The notes under the pieces were generated by a model. It saw only the letters and a program-made list of their open reading frames with translations. It ran no database searches and was not told the origin of the DNA. A stretch of DNA of 64,000 bases from a virus (lineage: Duplodnaviria; Heunggongvirae; Uroviricota; Caudoviricetes), in the IMG/VR virus record IMGVR_UViG_3300019845_000023, positions 5,058 through 69,057 of that record. One strand, 5' to 3'. Shown here piece after piece: positions 62,518 to 64,000 of the stretch (positions are counted from its first letter, which is position 1; every line of letters begins with the position of its first letter). The position numbers were made by a program, and so were the translations under genes.

Positions 62518-63079
62518 TTTCTTCTTCATCAAGTATTGCATCTTCCAAATTGGCAGCTCGTCTTTCCAAAACACCAATCTTATATATTAATTCATTCATA
62601 TTAGGTTCTGCTGGACGCTCTTGCCATTCAGGAAGTGCAGGATAACGTCTTTTAAGAACATTATAAGTAATTCTATCGTAGTTAATGCCAGACTCATCGT
62701 GATAACCTTGATAAATAAAGTAAATGAAGTCGGGTCCTATAAGCCCCTCTGCAACTAACTCTTGATATTCTTCCCAAGTTTCATTGTAGTGATAAGGAAG
62801 GTATTCCCATTTATAGGTTACATCATTTGAATCTGTATCCTTGATATTGCCGCGAGCAAATTCTCGTGCAACTAATTCATCAATCTTAGCTTCTGTTAAT
62901 GAAGCAATAAAACGATAGACAGTTTGTTTATCTTCATCACCATTAACATTAGAAAAGTCAAAATTCATTTCTGCTTTTCTTTCTCCGTCATTAGGCTCAA
63001 AAGTATATGTTTTCGGGGTGGCCTTTTCACCAGGCTCAGCCCCGATATCATATTTAAACTTCTTTGTAAAATCAGACAT
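62507..63079 (-). CDS. hypothetical protein
   Basis: ORF track. Confidence 0.5.
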   Translation of the reverse strand: MSDFTKKFKYDIGAEPGEKATPKTYTFEPNDGERKAEMNFDFSNVNGDEDKQTVYRFIASLTEAKIDELVAREFARGNIKDTDSNDVTYKWEYLPYHYNETWEEYQELVAEGLIGPDFIYFIYQGYHDESGINYDRITYNVLKRRYPALPEWQERPAEPNMNELIYKIGVLERRAANLEDAILDEEESQS

Positions 63080-63962
63080 TATTCATCGCTCCATAGAATT
63101 GCTGGAGATAATCTTCTGCTTTCTTATCAATTATGTAGAAATCAGCGCCATGCTTCTTTGGCAAGAATGTTGGCCAATCCCACCAAAAAACTCCAGCGAA
63201 GTATGGGTCGTCTTTGAATACTTCCATACAAGACATATAGAAATTCAACTGTTCATCTTCATCATATGAGAGGCTTTCTGTAAAGTCCCAAGGATGAGCA
63301 GAAGCATTCATTACTGAGCGGCATCCTACTTCCATAAAAATAAATTGTTTGCCGCGGTCCTTCGCAATAGCATCAAGACGATAACGAATTTCCCACCATC
63401 TTTTTACAAGAGAGTCGTAGCTATTATCTACTGGTCCATCGAGGTACTCTGCACCGACTGGATAATAAGCAGAAGTGCCAAGATAATCACAAAGCTCAAA
63501 CCATTGCTGGTCATCTTCATGGTCATGATTAGTGTTGTAAACAATTTTACCTTTATAAACACGACGGACTTCTTTAATTATATATTCCCAGTCATACTTA
63601 CGGTGTTCAGTGCCAAGCATTTCACAGCCGATACATAGCATTTCTGCTCCACACTCTTGTGCTATTTCTGCGTAGTTGAGGATAAAGTTTTTATAGCTTT
63701 CAAACCAAGGGCCCCAATAAGCATTTAGGTCGTCCATATTGAGGTCTGGGAAGCCGATATGGGCTCTCCAAACATTATCTCTTGAATGTACCATAGGTTT
63801 TAAACAAACTTTAACCCCACGTTTATGCGCCGCCCTGACAAATTCTTTAATATCGCCTTCCGTTGGCGTTGCCAAGTGGTCTGCATAAATTCGAGTTGAA
63901 TGATATGTGTCTTGATAGTTTACTATTGTTAAGCAAACCCAATTATTATTAAGCTTATACAT
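63072..63962 (-). CDS. TIM-barrel glycoside hydrolase-like protein
   Basis: NTNHD and FMEVGC catalytic-type motifs. Confidence 0.4.
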   Translation of the reverse strand: MYKLNNNWVCLTIVNYQDTYHSTRIYADHLATPTEGDIKEFVRAAHKRGVKVCLKPMVHSRDNVWRAHIGFPDLNMDDLNAYWGPWFESYKNFILNYAEIAQECGAEMLCIGCEMLGTEHRKYDWEYIIKEVRRVYKGKIVYNTNHDHEDDQQWFELCDYLGTSAYYPVGAEYLDGPVDNSYDSLVKRWWEIRYRLDAIAKDRGKQFIFMEVGCRSVMNASAHPWDFTESLSYDEDEQLNFYMSCMEVFKDDPYFAGVFWWDWPTFLPKKHGADFYIIDKKAEDYLQQFYGAMNNV

Positions 63963-64000
63963 ACGCTCCTGAGATTCTATTCCCTCAGCAGATTTAATTT

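Noticed and set aside
1-64000. CRISPR arrays, integrases, transposases, or large structural genes (capsid, terminase, polymerase)
   Set aside because: None were recognisable. The only direct repeats are the promoter blocks and the tRNA-related modules, and these have non-uniform spacing and no spacer architecture.

Overview
This 64-kb window is an AT-rich (roughly 38% GC), very gene-dense segment of what looks like a large virulent phage genome (early or accessory region). Almost every gene is on the minus strand. The window holds about 115 mostly small ORFs and two large minus-strand tRNA arrays (2.9-9.5 kb and 42.2-48.2 kb) with about 46 tRNA genes. It also holds many tRNA fragments, a tmRNA, and a consensus extended sigma-70 promoter block (TTGACT-17-TGnTATAAT) in about 32 canonical and about 6 weaker variant copies, several fused to rho-independent terminators.

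Recognisable proteins include a tRNA-repair set (Rnl1, Rnl2, polynucleotide kinase-HD), an ADP-ribose-related cluster (NADAR, macro, SLOG/YpsA, Pol-beta nucleotidyltransferase), ThyX, a radical-SAM enzyme, a flotillin, a vWA protein (possibly TROVE/Ro60-like), a UvrD-like helicase, two GIY-YIG and one HNH homing endonucleases, metallophosphoesterases and P-loop kinases.

The most striking signals are:
- Two adjacent amber-suppressor tRNAs (anticodon CUA), together with three genes whose reading frames run through in-frame TAG codons.
- A tRNA gene split in its anticodon loop by a 477-bp insertion that encodes a PD-(D/E)xK nuclease and is flanked by 12-bp inverted arms.
- Class-I-shaped tRNAs carrying leucine anticodons.
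- Orphan tRNA halves attached to a repeated leader module.
- A phage-borne tmRNA.

CDS coordinates include the stop codon. Starts are approximate unless the evidence field says otherwise. tRNA ends are +/-3 nt.
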